A stretch of DNA of 64,000 nt, taken from positions 225,804,001-225,868,000 of the forward strand of contig OZ024742.1 in NCBI GenBank assembly GCA_964016885.1, written 5' to 3'. Of the stretch, positions 41,101-52,078 are shown piece by piece. The translations under genes were made by a program, and so were the position numbers. Source of the stretch: Eledone cirrhosa (taxonomy: Eukaryota). The stretch's first letter is position 1. Every line of letters starts with the position of its first letter. The notes beneath the pieces are model-generated. The model saw only the letters and a program-made list of their open reading frames with translations. It was not told where the DNA came from and did no database searches.

Positions 41101-44100
41101 CACTACAACTCGTCAAAGGTGTATGTATAGTACATAGAATAATACACAAATGTCAGGGAAGTGAATAGTGTATGAGTCATGGTATACATGTGTGTATGTG
41201 TATGGAGGGGGAACATTAGCTGTAGTGTTGGCGGATATCGGGAAGCATGGAGGTTTTAAAGGATGCAGTGTCTCGACAGCTAACAACTGATGCAGGTAGT
41301 TTGTTCCATTCTTCAGCAACTCTGAGCGTGAAAAAATGTTTCCGAAAGTCATGGGAACTGTGCTGTTTTCTGACTTTGTGGGCATGTCCACGTGTGTTAA
41401 ACACATGGAAATCAAAAAGGTACTCAGGGTTGTTGTTGGCAAGATGGTTAACAATTTTGTGGGTGTTTACCAAGTGAGTTGCCAGGCGTCGGAGCTTCAA
41501 TGTATCCATGCCCAGGGAAGCAAGGCGCTCAGAGTATGGTAGATGCCTGATGGAGGGTATTCGCTTGGTTGCACGTCTCTGAACAGTTTCCAGGCGGTCA
41601 ATGTTCTGAGCAAGATAGGGGTTCCAGACTGGTGATGCAAATTCTAAGTGTGGCCGCACCATAGCCATGTACAGCCTTAAATAGATATCTGGAGAGCGGC
41701 TGACAAAGGTCTTGCTGAGTGATGCTAAGACACCCTCGGCCCTCTTGACAATTTTAGAAACGTGCTTCGTCCAACGCAAATTGCTGCTGACAGTAATGCA
41801 CAGGTCACGTTCACAAGAAGACTTCTTGATATTAGTGCTGTGGAAGGAGTATGTGGACGCTGGGTTTTTACTCCCAAAATGCATAGTGGTGCACTTGTCC
41901 ACAGCTAGCTTGAGTTGCCAGTCTGAGATCCATTGTTGCATTGTGTCCAGGTCAGACTGCAAGCAAGATCTATAGTGTTCAGGATCTGTCCTTTTTATCT
42001 CAAGGTACAGCTTGATGTCGTCTGCGTACTTTAGTACTGTGGCATTCTTTAAGTTGGCATCTATGTCATTAATATATGCCACAAACAAAAGGAGGCCAAG
42101 AACAGATCCCTGTGGTACACCAGATGACATCTCATATGGTGAGGAATGCTGTCCCAGAACCGTGACTACCTCTCTTCGACTGAGAATGAAGGACTTCAAC
42201 CAGTTAAAAAGATCATCCTTCACACCCATTGCAGAGAGTTTTACCATAAGCCTTTTGTGTGGCACAGAATTGAAGGCTTTCGCAAAGTCAAGGTAAACAA
42301 CATCCACCCATGAGCCGCCATCAGTGATCCGGGTGATGTCCTCAAGAAACTCTATAAGTTGATCACAGCAGCTGGAGTTGGGGATAAATCCAAATTGCGA
42401 GGGCTGGATAAGACTGTGAGAGCTCCAGAAGTTCCAAAGTGTTTCTCTGACACAGGATTCCATTAGTTTGGCGATGCAACTAGTAAGACTGACTGGATGA
42501 TAGTTCATAGGTGATGTGCGGTCACCCTTTTTGAACAGAGGAATGACACTGGCAGTTTTCCACTGTTCTAGAGTAGCACTGTTGTTCAGACAGAATTGGA
42601 AGAAGCGTGATAACTGGTGCAGAAGGAAGTACCCACCACGTTTAAGAAGCAGGTACGTAACACCATCAAGACTAGGAGAGGCATGGTTGCGTTTATTTTT
42701 TAGGTGACGTCACAGCATTGCAGGTGAAAATTCCATGGTTGTAATAGAGTCCGGTGTCATAGGTGGTGGAGATGGTACACTCTGGTCTTCAATAGTGAAA
42801 ATGCCTGCATAGCATTCAGCAATGAGCTCTGCGCATTCCTTGGGGTCGTCAGTAACCTGGCTTGTGTGGGGATTGCGAAGAGGACCAACAGGAGAGTGAG
42901 GCCTCTGCTTTGAGTGAACATACTTCCAGAACACCTTACTGTCAGGGCTGGTTGCTATGCGCTGCTCAAATTGAAGCACTGCCTTTTTTGTCACCTGTTT
43001 GAGGTAGTTGGACGATCTATTTCACCTCTTCCTATTAATGTCTGATTTGTGAAGTTTGTACTCACGTTGAGCATTGCGCCGTTCTTTTCTGGCAAGACGT
43101 ACTGCTGCAGTCTCCCAAATTGCACTTTTGGGATGTTTTTTCCGCTTACATGGCACCGATGCTGCACATGCTGTCCATATTGAGCTCAGGATGTTCTGGA
43201 GTACAGTGTTGACATCTCCAGAGTCGTAGAACTCAAGCCAGTTTGGCCGTTGCAACTTGGTGCAGTAATAGTTCCAGTCTGCTTTATTCCAGTCAAAGTG
43301 AGCAGTTTGGAGATGGTTGTGGTTCTTGTTACTGTCCATGAGGGATAGATTGGCAATGATCATAACATGATCAGAGTCACCTAAAGGTTCCTCAGCAGTA
43401 ACACTAATGACTGTTTCAGGAGTAGTGGTGAAGAGTAGGTCCAAAGTGTTGTCACCTCTTGTTGGGGAGGTGACCACTTGGGACCAACTCGAGTCCAGCA
43501 CTAGCTCAAGGAAGTCATTTGCACTTGGCGGCCAACAAAAGGTTTCCTAGTCAATCTCAGGGTGATTGAAGTCTCCTGCAATGAAAACATAAGTGGCTGT
43601 CTTCCTGGCAGCAGCTCTGAGGATATCACAAAGTTGAGTGTCCTGATGGTAATTTGGGGGTCCGTAAACGACTCCAAGTAGCAGTGTTGACATGGTCATA
43701 CGTATATCGCAGAAAAAAACTTCCTGCTGTGATTGGTTCAAATCAGCACAAGGAATTGACAGATTTGACCGAACGTAGACCATTACACCACCATCACGAC
43801 GATTAATGCGGTCTTTACGAAACAGGTTGTAGCCAGTCATGCTGAAAGCCCCATCACAGAGTAAGGGATGTGCCCAAGTTTCCGTGACTGTAATGAAGTC
43901 AGGGTTGATACTTTTGACGTAGGAGTCAAAAAGATGAATCTTATTGCATAGACTACGTGCATTCAAGGACAACAATTTGTACCTTGATTCCAGTCTATGA
44001 TTATGTGCAGGGGATGGCAGGTTGTTCTGATTTAGTTTCCCAGAGTTTTTTCAGTTTCTTTATTGTCAGTTGTTGTGGGTACAGTGTTTTCAGACCAGCT

Positions 44101-47100
44101 GGTATCTCTTTTCCATGTTTCACCAGCCTTAACAAACTTCCATATCTGCCCATCATCTCGTAGGCTGAAGCTTTCATGTTCTGCCGAGCTGCGGTTTAAG
44201 GAAGCTGCAGCACGCAGCTTTGGGTGGACATCAGGTGGAAGACCAGGGCGTGTTCGGAAAGCAATCTGACTTTCACGACTAGCTTTATCAGGCTACAAGG
44301 TATGAACGTGCCTCAGTTGAGTTTGAAAACGACAGTCTAATTAGCCTGGGTTTCGGGCCTGGTTGGCCAAGGCGTAGAGCACCCTTTGCGGGAGCACAGC
44401 CTAGGTCTTTGGATGAACTGGCAGCAAATGCCTGAAGATCAACTATGTCTTCTGGTACACCAATGGCAATCACTTCGTGGTTTGCAGATTCAGTGGCATT
44501 CTCAATGCGTCTAGGTTCAACATGAGGTACGCGGAGATTTTTTAACAAGGCACTCCGGTAAGATCCCTCATTGTGGGGTTCTACATGAACGCTTGATTTT
44601 ATTCCTGCTATTTCTCGGCTTAAAGCGGAAATCATTTGCCGTATTTCCTCAAACTCCGTATTGACGGTCGGTTTTTGTTGTTGTTCTTCTCCTTCAACAG
44701 GCATGGTAGGAGAAGACACAGTCGTCGGTTGTTGTTGTTGAAAAGTAACGGGTGAGGAAGACATGGGTTGCTGTTGTTGATGAAGTCCTTCAACGGGGGT
44801 AGTAGCAGAAGCTACGGTCGTTGGTTTTTGCTGTTGTTCAGGAACAATGGTAGAGGAAGACATGATCCTCGGTTTTTGTTGTTGTTGTTCGGGAACAATG
44901 GTAGAAGAAGACACGATCTTCGGTTTTTGTTGTTGTTGTTGTTCCGCAGCAATGGGAGAGGCAGGCATACAGTCCAGGCACTGATGTGGATGTGCAATAC
45001 TGGAAGGGAGAATTCTTATATTCATTGATTATTAATTTACCATCACATTTTACGCCTGTTCCATGCTGCTATGGGCTGGATGTGTTATTACGATAGGATA
45101 CTTGACTGATTGGAGAACTACATCTTGGCTTTTACATTTCATATTGGTATGGTTTCTACAGCTAGATTCACTTCTTAATGCTAACAATTTTACAGAAGGT
45201 ACTAGGTGGATTTTATCGTAGCACCAACATTACCACTTTATAGAATGTACTGGCTGCATTTTATTGTGGTACCAGCACTACCACCTTACGAAGTGTATTG
45301 AATGCATTTTATTGTAGAACCAGCATTATCATTTTACAGAGTGTAGTGGGTGCATTTTTTTGTGGCATCAGCCTTACCACTTTACTGAGTATACTGGGTA
45401 TATTTTATTGTGCCACCAGCATCTACTATTTTACAGTGTGTTTGAGGTGTATTTTACAGTGACAGCAACACTGCCACTTTACAGAGTGTACTGGGTGCAT
45501 TTTATTGTGTCACTAACACTAGAGGTGATCATGTCTATGCCCAGACGAAATGGTACTTTCTACCATACATTGTCTTGGTTTGTAATGTGTACCATTGTGA
45601 TACCAATACTTGAGAGGTTATCTTGTCTCCTTTAAGCGAAAAGGCCTTCTCTATACCATGTAGTCTCCAGTCTCTTGCCATATTTACTTTTACTCATCAT
45701 CATTTAACATCTGTTTTTCCTGCTAGCAAGGTTGAACTGACCAAGTCAGTAAATAATCTAAGATACTAACATCTCAGACCGGCCAAAGGCTGCATCTCAC
45801 TAAACATATGTTCCCACACTAAACAAGGTGCATTAGATGTATTTTATCATGGTACTAGCACTAGTGACGTTGCTATGTCTTTGGCACAACGAAAGTGCTT
45901 TCTTGACCCTTCATTTGGCAAGTTTTCTATGTCTAGTTGCGTTTCCTGTCATCAACCATTATACTGAGTATACTGGGTGTAGTTTACTAAATGTACTATT
46001 GAACTTGTTTCAGGTGACTGACTGCCACAAAGGTATCGTCATTGATGGACTAGAAAGTGTATTCAGTTCTAGCTACCCTTCCATGGAGCATGTCATTCTC
46101 CGTGCCTTTAATAACAGACGCTATATTTTCCATATCACCCTCAAATTGGACTACAATACTTTCCAGAATAATAAAAAGAAACGAAAAGAAGAAGAAGGTT
46201 AGTATGGAGCTTGATATTTCTTCTATAATAACAAATAAATATGTTGGATGCAGCATGGCTAAATGGTTAAGTAGTACGCTTCACCATCCTGAGATCTTGG
46301 GTTCAATCTTACGGTGTGGTATCTTTAATTAGTATCATTTACTACTGCCTCAGGTCAACCCAAGTCTTGCGATTGAAATTAAGTGGAAACTATATGGAAG
46401 CCTATCAAAGGAACAGTACCTGTAATTCAAATGTTCAGTTGTGTCACATATTGTAGCATGTTTCTTTCTGTTTGCAGATAACATGTCTGTGGAATACTCA
46501 ACCGCTTACACCTGTAATTCAAAGGTCTTGTCATATCACATATTGTATCATGTTGATTTTATCTGCTAATGTGGTTTCAACGTCATCATCAGTAGTAGCA
46601 GCATCATGGTCAATTTTTCAACTTGCATAGGTTAGATGGGCTATTGTATATTGAAGCTAGGCAGGTCAAATGACCACATTTGGTTTTTGGCTTGGTTTCT
46701 ATGGTTACATGCCCTTCCTAATGCCATCCACTTTGTAGTATGTACTGGGAGCATTTTATTTGACTCCAGCACTGCCACCTTCCTGAGTAGACTGGGTGTT
46801 TTTTGTTGTAGCACCAGCATTATTAGCTTACAGAGTGGGCTGGGTGCATTTTATCATGGCACCAGCACTACCTCATTACAGCATTAGGGTGCTCATTGTG
46901 TCCTTGGCCAGGTTGAGGAGGTGGTGATGGAAGTGGGGTATAGGCTATATGCTGTTTACTGAGGGAGAGGGTCATCTCACCATAGTAGGCAAAAGAGCAC
47001 ATCTTTACATGCTGGCATGGTTTGGAATAGGAAGGGGGAGTTGATGAATATGAGTGAGGGATATTAAGGAGGAGGACTTATGTAGTAATAGGAGCGAGTA

Positions 47101-47866
47101 GTTGAGGGGGGTAAATTGGAAGGAAGAGTCAGGTGGGAGCGGGAAGTATGTTGGCAGGCAGGAGCCTAAATGTGGTTTCACCTCTGCTGACCCCATGCTT
47201 GTTTCATCCCACCTGCCTGGGAAGTGAGTCTTCTGTCACAAGGTATATTGTGGGTCAGCTTGATCCTGTGTTATCTCATTGATGAGGTTCAGCTGTGCGA
47301 GGTCATCCATCACCACATTATCCCAAATTGTCCTTAACCTTGAGTACCCTGCACTTATTTATGCATATATTGTTATCCATATACGACATTTCCATACCAG
47401 CACAGTTTTCTCTCTTGTACACTGCATCCAATCCCTCTTATGCATAACTTTTCTCTCAGTTTGCCATTCATTTACACTGCTATTACTCATTCATTGGAGC
47501 ATGCTCACCTCATTCTTTCCAAATTTTACAGATCCTCTGCATTCATGTGGTTTATTGATTCAAATGTTTATAGTATCTTTATTAATTGACAAGTCATTGT
47601 GAAAATATAGTAAACATTTTGATTATTTATGTCCTGCAGATATAGTGCTGTTTTGTACTTTTCAAGAATGTCTTGCTAATACAGTTTCATATAGTACAGG
47701 ACTTAACATTTATATATCTTTCAGAAATTTTAAAAGTAATTGAAGATGAGAAGGAAAGCAAATGGATTGAGGAAATGTCTGAGGGAGAATATGATGCCAT
47801 GTCGGAAGGACAACGGTCTAGAGTAGAGGAACGAGTAATGATTATAAAGAGAAATAGAATGAGCAG
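2530..47866 (+). CDS. HYDIN: HYDIN (axonemal central pair apparatus protein), internal multi-exon segment, 14 exons; gene extends beyond both window ends
   Basis: The spliced exons form one open frame (2381 nt) with consistent intron phases. Peptides resemble recalled vertebrate HYDIN: FDPRAANL, QLHNHQFVPCEW, EVIVKNPCDFPIEFYSIDFD, LLLPPRAAGEKLPPEL, RNRRGIAIIIHGSPFSGKS, SCVIPDDILVDIIADRFQVTDCHKGIVIDGL, EEMSEGEYDAM. Confidence 0.93.
3041..3305 (+). CDS. HYDIN: HYDIN exon b (PHLPIYELNLGFVILG...KLLIN)
   Basis: ttatag|A ... AAT|gtaagt; ASH/Ig-like repeat similar to HYDIN. Confidence 0.92.
4502..4696 (+). CDS. HYDIN: HYDIN exon c (LTNGPQIIVSL...STKKTW)
   Basis: aacag|TTA ... TGG|gtaagt; contains CGEC and VPCEW motifs. 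Confidence 0.9.
4910..8346 (+). mobile_element. L1/Tx1-clade LINE copy 1 (5'-truncated in the endonuclease, heavily degraded)
   Basis: Fragments: SRSYLDRVF, KSPGLDGL, FDKVDH, AYANDI; AATAAA at 8311 followed by an (ATT)n tail. Confidence 0.9.
8347..13623 (+). mobile_element. L1/Tx1-clade LINE copy 2 (near full length; ORF1 from 8484, ORF2 from 10184; frameshifts and internal deletions)
   Basis: ORF1 with degenerate knuckle CFNCGSKSYLRAFC; APE motifs VAISETR, LVGDWN; RT motifs KAFDRV, AYADDV; AATAAA at 13601 plus (ATT)n. Confidence 0.92.
13624..14401 (+). mobile_element. L1/Tx1-clade LINE copy 3 (~780-bp 3' fragment, same subfamily as copy 4)
   Basis: CPRC zinc-finger C-terminus and 3'UTR nearly identical to ~19520-20300; (ATT)n tail. 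Confidence 0.92.
14402..20301 (+). mobile_element. L1/Tx1-clade LINE copy 4 (full length; ORF1 ~14614-16563, ORF2 16598-20014 with about 2 frameshifts and 1 stop)
   Basis: ORF1 CCHC knuckle CVVCGEGTHLRAFC; APE motifs SINARGL, SYLDRVF, YTDH; RT motifs SVRQGCPLS, AYADDV; C-terminal CPRC...H...C; AATAAA at 20245; (ATT)n tail. Confidence 0.95.
20309..20446 (+). CDS. HYDIN: HYDIN exon d (SKHELQDVSHKKVFMKRKCFEIIPPTGVLQPEQRINIQVKFTPSEG)
   Basis: ccttag|TCT ... GGG|gtaatt; 138 nt, phase 0/0; resembles HYDIN FEIQPISGVLDPGEKSNVQVKFMP. Not in the ORF track. Confidence 0.9.
21770..23056 (-). mobile_element. RTE LINE, 5'-truncated
   Basis: Same family as 513-1812; (CAT)n at ~21771-21785. Confidence 0.9.
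23152..23326. mobile_element. pogo/Tigger-like MITE
   Basis: TIRs cag(g)taaaattccgttataa / ttataacggaatttcactg, flanked by TA. Confidence 0.75.
23443..23682 (+). CDS. HYDIN: HYDIN exon e (KLYEKRIPIRIAQS...YLEEEK)
   Basis: ttgaag|AAA ... AAG|gtaaaa; contains KNPCDFPIEFYSIDFD. Confidence 0.93.
23690..23880. repeat. (CAT)/(CAC) trinucleotide low-complexity tract
   Basis: Mixed ATC/ACC repeats just after the donor of exon e. Confidence 0.9.
24379..25762 (-). mobile_element. RTE LINE, 5'-truncated at the RT core
   Basis: WELLYADDL through GSET, with a (GAT)n tail. Confidence 0.9.
26196..26298 (+). CDS. HYDIN: HYDIN exon f (ILRLMRGYDEYKTLLLPPRAAGEKLPPELLEFYK)
   Basis: ctccag|ATT ... AAAG|gttggc; strongly conserved peptide. 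Confidence 0.93.
26509..27053 (-). mobile_element. Internally deleted mariner element
   Basis: ~30-bp imperfect TIRs flanked by TA; HTH N-terminus IKFMVKLGWKSSQIIDALEQVY...KWISCFRSGR joined to C-terminal FYTDGLKGWYQRLQKYIDLDGAYVQK. Confidence 0.88.
27465..27690 (+). repeat. ~45-48-bp minisatellite derived from the RTE 3'UTR/SINE central unit
   Basis: Repeated aaaatgcacccagcccacactgtaaag..ggtgcc units. Confidence 0.75.
27994..28098 (+). CDS. HYDIN: HYDIN exon g (ARKKRLEEMEKSQREMG...EVKE)
   Basis: tttttag|CA ... GAGG|gtaagg; open frame, phase 1/1; charged, poorly conserved linker. Confidence 0.75.
28980..29153 (-). mobile_element. Non-autonomous Helitron 5' fragment (family of 30676-31532)
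   Basis: The reverse strand starts TCtatatatctaaaacagagaatgtctgtctg, matching the start at 30676. Confidence 0.7.
29191..30672 (+). mobile_element. Non-autonomous Helitron
   Basis: 5' TCtatatatataaaactg..(gtct)n; 3' cccgagcaac..ctgCTAG. Confidence 0.7.
29401..29740 (-). mobile_element. tRNA-derived CORE-type SINE with RTE-derived tail
   Basis: A box tggcttagtgg, B box gagttcaattc, CORE-like ccttgagcaagacactt, (GAT)n tail, 7-bp TSD CAGTTCA. Confidence 0.85.
30676..31532 (+). mobile_element. Non-autonomous Helitron
   Basis: 5' TC start; 3' caagcaacgccgggccattctgTTAG (variant of CTAG). Confidence 0.7.
32373..32540 (+). CDS. HYDIN: HYDIN exon h (ETEAETIEGKK...DIEDTDD)
   Basis: aaatag|AA ... 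GATG|gtaaga; open frame, phase 1/1. An alternative acceptor 6 nt downstream is possible. Confidence 0.7.
35189..35409. mobile_element. piggyBac-like MITE
   Basis: Same family as 37604-37824; right end gggTTAA. Confidence 0.7.
35675..35836 (+). CDS. HYDIN: HYDIN exon i (KVKDIESAGVGELDMTPVAAAITRYLGIDL...IHGSPFSG)
   Basis: ttaaag|GC ... TCAG|gtaagt; resembles HYDIN AIARHLGID...GIAIIIHGTPLSG. Not in the ORF track. Confidence 0.93.
36247..36471 (+). CDS. HYDIN: HYDIN exon j (KSITCSDIANYY...DPSNAI)
   Basis: gtgtag|GA ... ATAT|gtaagg; KARELCAEAA resembles HYDIN RARELCIRAA. Confidence 0.9.
37291..37472 (+). mobile_element. tRNA-derived SINE with Deu/Nin-like central domain
   Basis: A box tggcagtatcggtag, B box gagttcaaatc, then aactttgcctttcatcctt..ggggtcgataaaat. 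Relatives at ~29975-30090, ~38015-38160, ~40125-40315 and 59570-59684. Domain name is from recall. Confidence 0.75.
37604..37824. mobile_element. piggyBac-like MITE
   Basis: TTAA|ccctttagcattta ... taaatactaaaggg|TTAA. Confidence 0.8.
38286..38392 (+). CDS. HYDIN: HYDIN exon k, probable (LGGAVPNPRKASNF...VSQLH)
   Basis: ttctag|TG ... CAT|gtttgt; supplies the phase 1 to 0 change needed between the flanking exons. Weak donor, low conservation. Confidence 0.65.
39808..39939 (+). CDS. HYDIN: HYDIN exon l (SPPPPPYPLIKEL...ADRFQ)
   Basis: tgccag|AGT ... CAG|gtaaac; GGEFGLVSCVIPDDILVDII resembles GGETGLMSCVLPDELLVQIL. Confidence 0.92.
40125..40315 (-). mobile_element. tRNA-derived SINE (family of 37291-37472)
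   Basis: Reverse-complement match to 37291-37472. Confidence 0.8.
40604..40925 (+). repeat. ~45-48-bp minisatellite (~7 units) leading into an RTE/SINE-type 3' end and (GAT)n
   Basis: Repeated aaaatgcacccagtccactctgtaagatggtagt units. Confidence 0.85.
41076..45025 (-). mobile_element. CR1-clade LINE (partial ORF1, APE-RT ORF2 with a few lesions)
   Basis: APE motifs LSLNARSL, VTETW, AGDFN, LGDSDH; RT motifs YLDFAKAF, GVPQGSVLG, KYADDIK; CR1-type C-terminus TRGH...FFTLRVAEEWNKLP. Confidence 0.93.
45185..45520 (-). repeat. Degenerate ~45-bp minisatellite of the same SINE/RTE unit
   Basis: Repeated actgggtgcattttattgtg..ccagcact units. Confidence 0.7.
46014..46197 (+). CDS. HYDIN: HYDIN exon m (VTDCHKGIVIDGLESVF...KEEE)
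   Basis: tttcag|GTG ... GAAG|gttagt; ADK-like DC..G...DG motif. Confidence 0.92.
47725..47866 (+). CDS. HYDIN: HYDIN exon n (EILKVIEDEKESKWIEEMSEGEYDAM...RMSR)
   Basis: tttcag|AA ... CAG|gtaaag; resembles HYDIN MDEEEYDAL. No further exon recognised before 64000. Confidence 0.88.
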
Positions 47867-47989
47867 GTAAAGGATTTAATTGTTCCCTTCATACAATATT
47901 TTAATGATCCTGGTTTGTGTTCAGTTTAGAGTTTAACCTTTTCATGACCATATTCCTAATGTAATACACTCATGGTGGTGTCAAATACT

Positions 47990-48692
47990 ATGGCATACCC
48001 TGGGGAAGAATGTACTCCCCAAAATAGGTTAGTCGTTAGTGACATCTCAATAAGAGAGAAAATGAGACACACAGGATGGTGTGGAAAAGGAAGGTCTGGA
48101 AGCTAAAAGATCGTTCACTAAAATATAAATTTTGGAAAGCCCTTCAAGATGTGTATGACGAAAAAGATGAGTTAGAATCATATGACATAGATGATAACTG
48201 GAATTTCTTACGTGACAACTTACTGCAGGCTACTGAAGAAACTTGTGGCTGAAACAGAGCTCCAACCAGACAGAGGGAGACTCGGTGGTGGAACAGCACG
48301 GTAGATAGAGCCATTAAAGACAAAAGACTAGCATGGAAAGCTTGGAAAAATGGTGGGAGTAGAGACCGATACTCAGCTGCTAAAAGAGAGGCTAGATGTC
48401 AGGTGTACTTAGCATGCAGGGAAGCTGAGAGTAGGAGGTTTGCTAATGTTTTGCGACGAGAAGCTCAGCGATGTGCAGTGTTCCGCATTGCAAGGCAGTG
48501 TGTCAGTGTAAATCAGGATGTTGTTGGAGATAAGTGTGTCCGAAATGATGCTGGTGTACTTAGTGTCACTGATGCTCAGAAAAAGGAGGCCCAGAAATGT
48601 CATTATGAGAGAATGATGAATGTTGAGAACGAATGGGAGAGAGAAACTGTCCCAGTAGACCCGACAGAGGGACCAGCTATTGAGATTGATAG
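47990..48692 (+). mobile_element. Older RTE LINE, left part (continues at 51066-51660)
   Basis: APE-RT linker WWN...DPTEGPA; interrupted by a younger RTE. Confidence 0.75.
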
Positions 48693-51065
48693 AACAACTT
48701 GGTGGTGGAACAGTAAAGTGGAGGAAACAATCAAGGCCAAAAAGCAGGCTTGGAAAGTATGGCAGGATGGGGGAAGCAGAGGATAGAAAGTTCAAGCATG
48801 TTCTACAACATGAGGACCAAAAACGTGAGGTGTTCAGGATTGCTACACAATGTGTCAAGGAAAACCGTGATATTGTCGGGGAGAAGTGTGTCCGTAATGA
48901 TAATGGTGTACTTGCCCTCACTGATACTGATAAGAAGGTAGCTTGGAAGTGTCACTACGAGAGACTATTAAATGAGGAGAATAAATGGGAAAAAGATAGT
49001 CTGCCCCAAATCGATCCAATAGAAGGACCAGCGGTGCAAGTTAAAGGTAGTATAATAAGTAAGGCAATCAAAGACATGAAGACAGGCAAGGCAGCTGGGC
49101 CTTCGGAGATAGTTGCTGAGATGTTGAAAGCATCTAGACTGGTGGGACATACTATGATCATCACCCGGATAGTAAACCAAGTAATAAAGAATGGGGTCAT
49201 ACCAAAAGACTGGCGTAACAGCATCATCATTAACTGCTACAAGGGCAAAGGGGATGCTCTAGATAGGGGAAACTATAGAGGCATTAAGTTAGTTGACCAG
49301 GTCATGAAGGTCACAGAAAGAGTTATAGCACAACTAATCAGAGAGCGAATTGATGTAGATGACATGCAGTTTAGGTTTGTGTCTGGTAAAAGTACCACAG
49401 GCGCTCTTTTCCTTGTACGACAACTACAGAAGAAGTACCTAGCTAAAAGTAAACCCGTCTACGTAGCTATTGTAGAGCTGGAGAAGGCCTTTGTCAGAGT
49501 CCTCCGCTCCATTATCTGGTGGGCTCTTATTAAACTAGGTATAGATGAATGGCTTGTGAGAGCTATACAGGCCTTGTATAAAGAAACAGTCAGTAAGGTT
49601 AGAATTAACAATGAATATAGTGAAGAATTTAGTGTAAAAGTTGGTGTTCATCAAGGCTCTGTCTTTAGCCCCCTCCTATTTTTATTATTGCCCTTCAGGC
49701 TATAACAGGGGAGTTTATGACCGGCTCCCCATGGGAACTCTGAAACGCAGATGATCAAACTCTCATAGCTGAATCTATGGCTGAACTAGAGAAGAAATTT
49801 CAAACATGGAAGTATGGCCTAGAATCAAAAGGCCTTAAATTTAACTTGTCTAAGATTAAAGTTCTAGTTTGTAGAAAGGAAAATAGAGCACAGGTGCCCT
49901 CAGGGAAATGACCACGCTCAGTGTGTAGGAAAGGAGTAGGTAGAAATTCCATTTTATGTCCCAAATGCAAACTATGGGTACATAAAAGATGTAGTGGGAT
50001 CACAGGTAAACTATCTAAGAACATAGATTTTATATGTGGCCGATGCTCAGGTGCAATAAGTAGCAAGTGCCCACAGGATACTAGCTTCTTCTATTGCCCA
50101 GATGGTTCTATAGAAATGGTGGACACTTTCCGTTACCTGGGTGACAAAATCAGCAGTGGTGGAGGGTGCTCTGAAAGTACAGTAGCCAGAGTCAGAACGG
50201 AATGGAAAAAGTTCAAAGAGCTTATACCGGTGTTGGCCACAAAAGGTTTCTCTCTAAAAATGAAAGGCAGATTGTATGATGCTTTTATACGAACAGCAAT
50301 GCTACATGGCAGTGAGACATGGGCATTGCGTGCAGAGGACCTGCGTAGACTGGAAAGGAACGAAGCATGCATGCTCCGTTGGATGTGTAATAGTAATATA
50401 CGTGAACGGCAAAGCATAAATGAACTAAGTGAGAAATTAGGAATAAGAGGGATCAGATGCTGTTTACTCAAGAGAAGACTATGTTGCTATGGTCACGTGA
50501 TGCGCATGAAAGACGACAGCTGTATAAAAAAATGCAGGGCGATCAAAATTGATGGCAGTTACGGAGTAGGTAGACCCAGAAAAACCTGGACGACATGATA
50601 AATTCCGGCCTTACACACTTGCACCTCTAAGACAATGTCACTGGACCGAGATCTTTGGCGCTATGCAGTAATACAGAAGACCCGCCTTGCCTATGTACAA
50701 AGTGAAACCTACAGTCAGTAGGCCCCTCTTAACCAAATATACACCCCAATCCACTACTCCTACTCTATCCTCCCACTCCCACCAATCCCAACCTCTCTCT
50801 CTAAAGTTGGTACCACAACATTCAGTCCAAATAAATGAGATTATGAGATCGAGATCGTGTAGGTGTCACGACAAAAAAAAAAACACAGTCCACGCTGTAA
50901 TGTGGTTGCTGTTAGGAAGGGCATCCAGCCACAGAAACCTGCCAGATAGTCCTATATGAGCGAGACACAGTCACCCGACCAACCTTGCCTCAAGTGGGAC
51001 AACTCCCATCTAACCCAGGCTAGCGTGGAAAATGGACGTTAAATGATGATGTGATGATGATGATT
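48693..51065 (+). mobile_element. RTE LINE (5'-truncated; RT, C-terminus, 3'UTR, (GAT)n)
   Basis: NYRGIKL, GVHQGS, GSETW, GRPRKTW; tail at ~51043-51064. Confidence 0.92.
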
Positions 51066-51660
51066 ATAGGGTCAACGAGTCAATTAAGGAAAGGAAAAGT
51101 GGTGAGGCTGCTGAACCGTCAGGGATAGTTGCTGAGATGCTGAAGGCATCAAGAGAGGTAGGAACTAAACTGATTGCATGCTCATCAATCAAGCTATATA
51201 TGGTGGAGTCATACCCAAAGACTGGTGCAGCAGTATTCTTATAAATTGCTACAAAGGTAAAAAGGATACTCTGGAGAGGAGCAATTATAGGGGCATAAAA
51301 CTGATGGATCAGGCTATGAAAGTAGCAGAAAGAATACTAATGTAACTAATTAGAGAAAGGGTCAAATTAGATGAGATGCAGTTTGGTTTTGTGCCTGGGA
51401 AACAACTATGAGAGAGGTTCTTAGAGAAGAATAAGCCACTATACTTAGCTTTTGTTGACCTAGAGAACGCCATTGATAGAGTACCCCGATCTGTCATCTG
51501 GTGGTCCCTCAGGAAACTAGGTGTTGAGGAATAGTTTGTGAGGACAGTGCAAGCTATGTACAGAGGTGCTGTCAGTAAAGTGAGAGTAGGAATGGAGTTT
51601 AGTGAGGAATTCCAGATACAAGCTGGAGTGCATCAGGGTTTGGTCCTCAGCCCACTTTAT
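51066..51660 (+). mobile_element. Older RTE LINE, right part
   Basis: Resumes at the GIVAEMLKA region; NYRGIKL, FVDLE. Confidence 0.75.
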
Positions 51661-51730
51661 GAAAAAGTTGGCAGGTTTTTGATCAACTAACTTTCATCAA
51701 CTAAAAAAATATATATATATATATATAGTT

Positions 51731-52038
51731 GGAGGCACATAGCTTAGTGCCTTGCAATCGAAAGGTTGTGAGTTCAATTCTCAGACCGGGTGATGTGTTA
51801 TTTCCTTGAGCAAGGCACTTTATTTCACATTGCTCCAGTTTACTCAGCTGTAGAAATGAGGACTCGGGTCCCTATCATTCCACTGCAAAGTGGTCATGGA
51901 GGTGCCACGGCAAAAAAGCACCCAGCACTCACTGTAAATGAGGTTGGTTTTAGGAAGGGCATCCAGCTGTAGAAATCAAGCCAGAATCAGCTCCCGTCCC
52001 ACCCTTGCAAGCAGGGAAAAAGTGGACGTAAAATGAAG

Positions 52039-52078
<40 letters not shown>
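51731..52078 (+). mobile_element. tRNA-derived CORE-type SINE with RTE tail
   Basis: Matches 29401-29740; long (GAT)n tail. Confidence 0.85.
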
